Of a DNA stretch of 64,000 nucleotides, positions 63,171 to 64,000 are shown piece after piece (the first letter of the stretch is position 1; every line of letters starts with the position of its first letter). Both the position numbers and the translations under genes were made by a program. Below the pieces are notes generated by a model. The model made no database searches, was not told the origin of the DNA, and saw nothing but the letters and a program-made list of their open reading frames with translations. The DNA comes from a plasmid: the sequence record NZ_CP040393.1, one strand, 5' to 3'.

Positions 63171-64000
63171 ATGGCTGTTAAAACACCGGATAAAAGCAGA
63201 GCGACAATCTTCGCCGTCATGAACAACAAAGGGGGGGCGGGTAAGACTTCAACTGCGACAAATCTTGCCGTCGCAATGGCGCAGTCTGGCCGCAAGGGGT
63301 TGCTCATCGATTCCGATCAGCAGGCTAATGCCACAGAGGTTCTGGCTCACGGACGCAAATTTTACGCCCAGTTTGGGCATACGATTTGTGATCTTTATGC
63401 CAACGCCCGGTTTGATATTCGCGAAGCCATCATTCCGGCCAGAGCCGGCGATACCGATATCCCGAATCTGGACTTTCTCCCAGCTGATCCGACCTTCGAG
63501 AAAACCCTGGAACAGACCCTGACCCGCAGCCATCGCGAAAAAATACTGTACCGGCACTTACAGACCGTCATAGGTGATTATGATTTTATCATTATCGATT
63601 GTTCACCGGGACTGAACCTTGCTACCGGCAATGCAATCTACGTGGCCGATCATGTGCTTGTACCGATTGATGGCGGGAGCTTTGCCCTCAGCGCACTGGA
63701 AGTGATGCTTGATTTTATGGATGAAATCAATGAAGGCGAATATACCCGCTTCAGTGTTTTCCGTAATGAATACAACCGTTCCAACAAGGTAATTAACAAA
63801 TTTATAGAAGATCAGCTGGAGCAACATCCGCGGCTAAAAGGTCGGGTGCTTGAGTCCTCCATAAGAGCTGATCAGACCATCGTCCAGTCACAGGTTGCCT
63901 GTATTCCTCTGTATTATTACGCAAAGGGATCGCTTGCTCTTAACGATTACCGCAAGCTTGCGCGCGAGCTGGAAGAAAAAACGCAAAAAGAGGTGGCATA
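63171..64000 (+). CDS. parA: ParA/Soj-family partition ATPase (3' end beyond the window)
   Basis: Deviant Walker A box NNKGGAGKTSTA, followed by DCSPGLN and other ParA blocks. AAGGA Shine-Dalgarno sequence 8 nt upstream. There is no stop codon before the window end. Confidence 0.85.
   Translation, partial: MAVKTPDKSRATIFAVMNNKGGAGKTSTATNLAVAMAQSGRKGLLIDSDQQANATEVLAHGRKFYAQFGHTICDLYANARFDIREAIIPARAGDTDIPNLDFLPADPTFEKTLEQTLTRSHREKILYRHLQTVIGDYDFIIIDCSPGLNLATGNAIYVADHVLVPIDGGSFALSALEVMLDFMDEINEGEYTRFSVFRNEYNRSNKVINKFIEDQLEQHPRLKGRVLESSIRADQTIVQSQVACIPLYYYAKGSLALNDYRKLARELEEKTQKEVA

Overview
This 64 kb window looks like a mosaic F-like (IncFII-type) conjugative plasmid from an Enterobacteriaceae host. 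The TraT, TraD and TraI similarity and roughly 55-60% GC suggest a Klebsiella- or Enterobacter-like origin. Region 1 (1-21.5 kb) is the distal part of the tra operon on the + strand: traU (5'-truncated by the window edge), trbC, traN, traF, small trb/traQ-like genes, trbB, trbJ- and trbF-like genes, traH, traG, traS, traT, traD and traI. The traG reading frame is broken by four closely spaced +1 frameshifts. A DsbA-like thioredoxin gene sits where traX normally follows traI. Region 2 (22-25 kb) holds an IncFII-family repA with a downstream DnaA-box (oriR-like) region, two small membrane-protein genes, and a displaced, inverted traX-family gene. Region 3 (26-32 kb) is a plasmid-borne sugar-acid catabolism island: GntR regulator, Zn-alcohol dehydrogenase, MFS transporter, SDR dehydrogenase, and a divergent RspA/ManD-type enolase-superfamily dehydratase. 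Region 4 (32-63 kb) is an accessory, defence-island-like patchwork with strongly alternating GC content. It contains a Tn21-type tnpR and truncated tnpA remnant; a 161 bp inverted-repeat-bounded miniature element inserted into an ardC-like gene; low-GC hypothetical genes; a (TTTGGGG)7 tandem repeat; and two methyl-accepting chemotaxis proteins, a GGDEF diguanylate cyclase and a serine invertase. It also contains a tyrosine recombinase translationally coupled to a protein with an HEPN-type motif; a ribbon-helix-helix fusion protein preceded by iteron-like repeats; an IS100-like (IS21-family) insertion; a large PHP-domain ATPase resembling the single-gene Ppl anti-phage system; an uncharacterised high-GC three-gene operon; a Tn3 (TnpR/TnpA) derivative whose cargo is a NIPSNAP-like gene, a Dam-family methyltransferase and a ParB-nuclease-domain protein instead of bla; and a 3'-truncated parA. 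No rRNA, tRNA or CRISPR array was seen. The most plausible candidates for an undescribed system are the MTase/ParB-nuclease cargo, the recombinase-coupled HEPN-like gene, the RHH-fusion gene with iterons, and the three-gene operon next to the Ppl-like gene.
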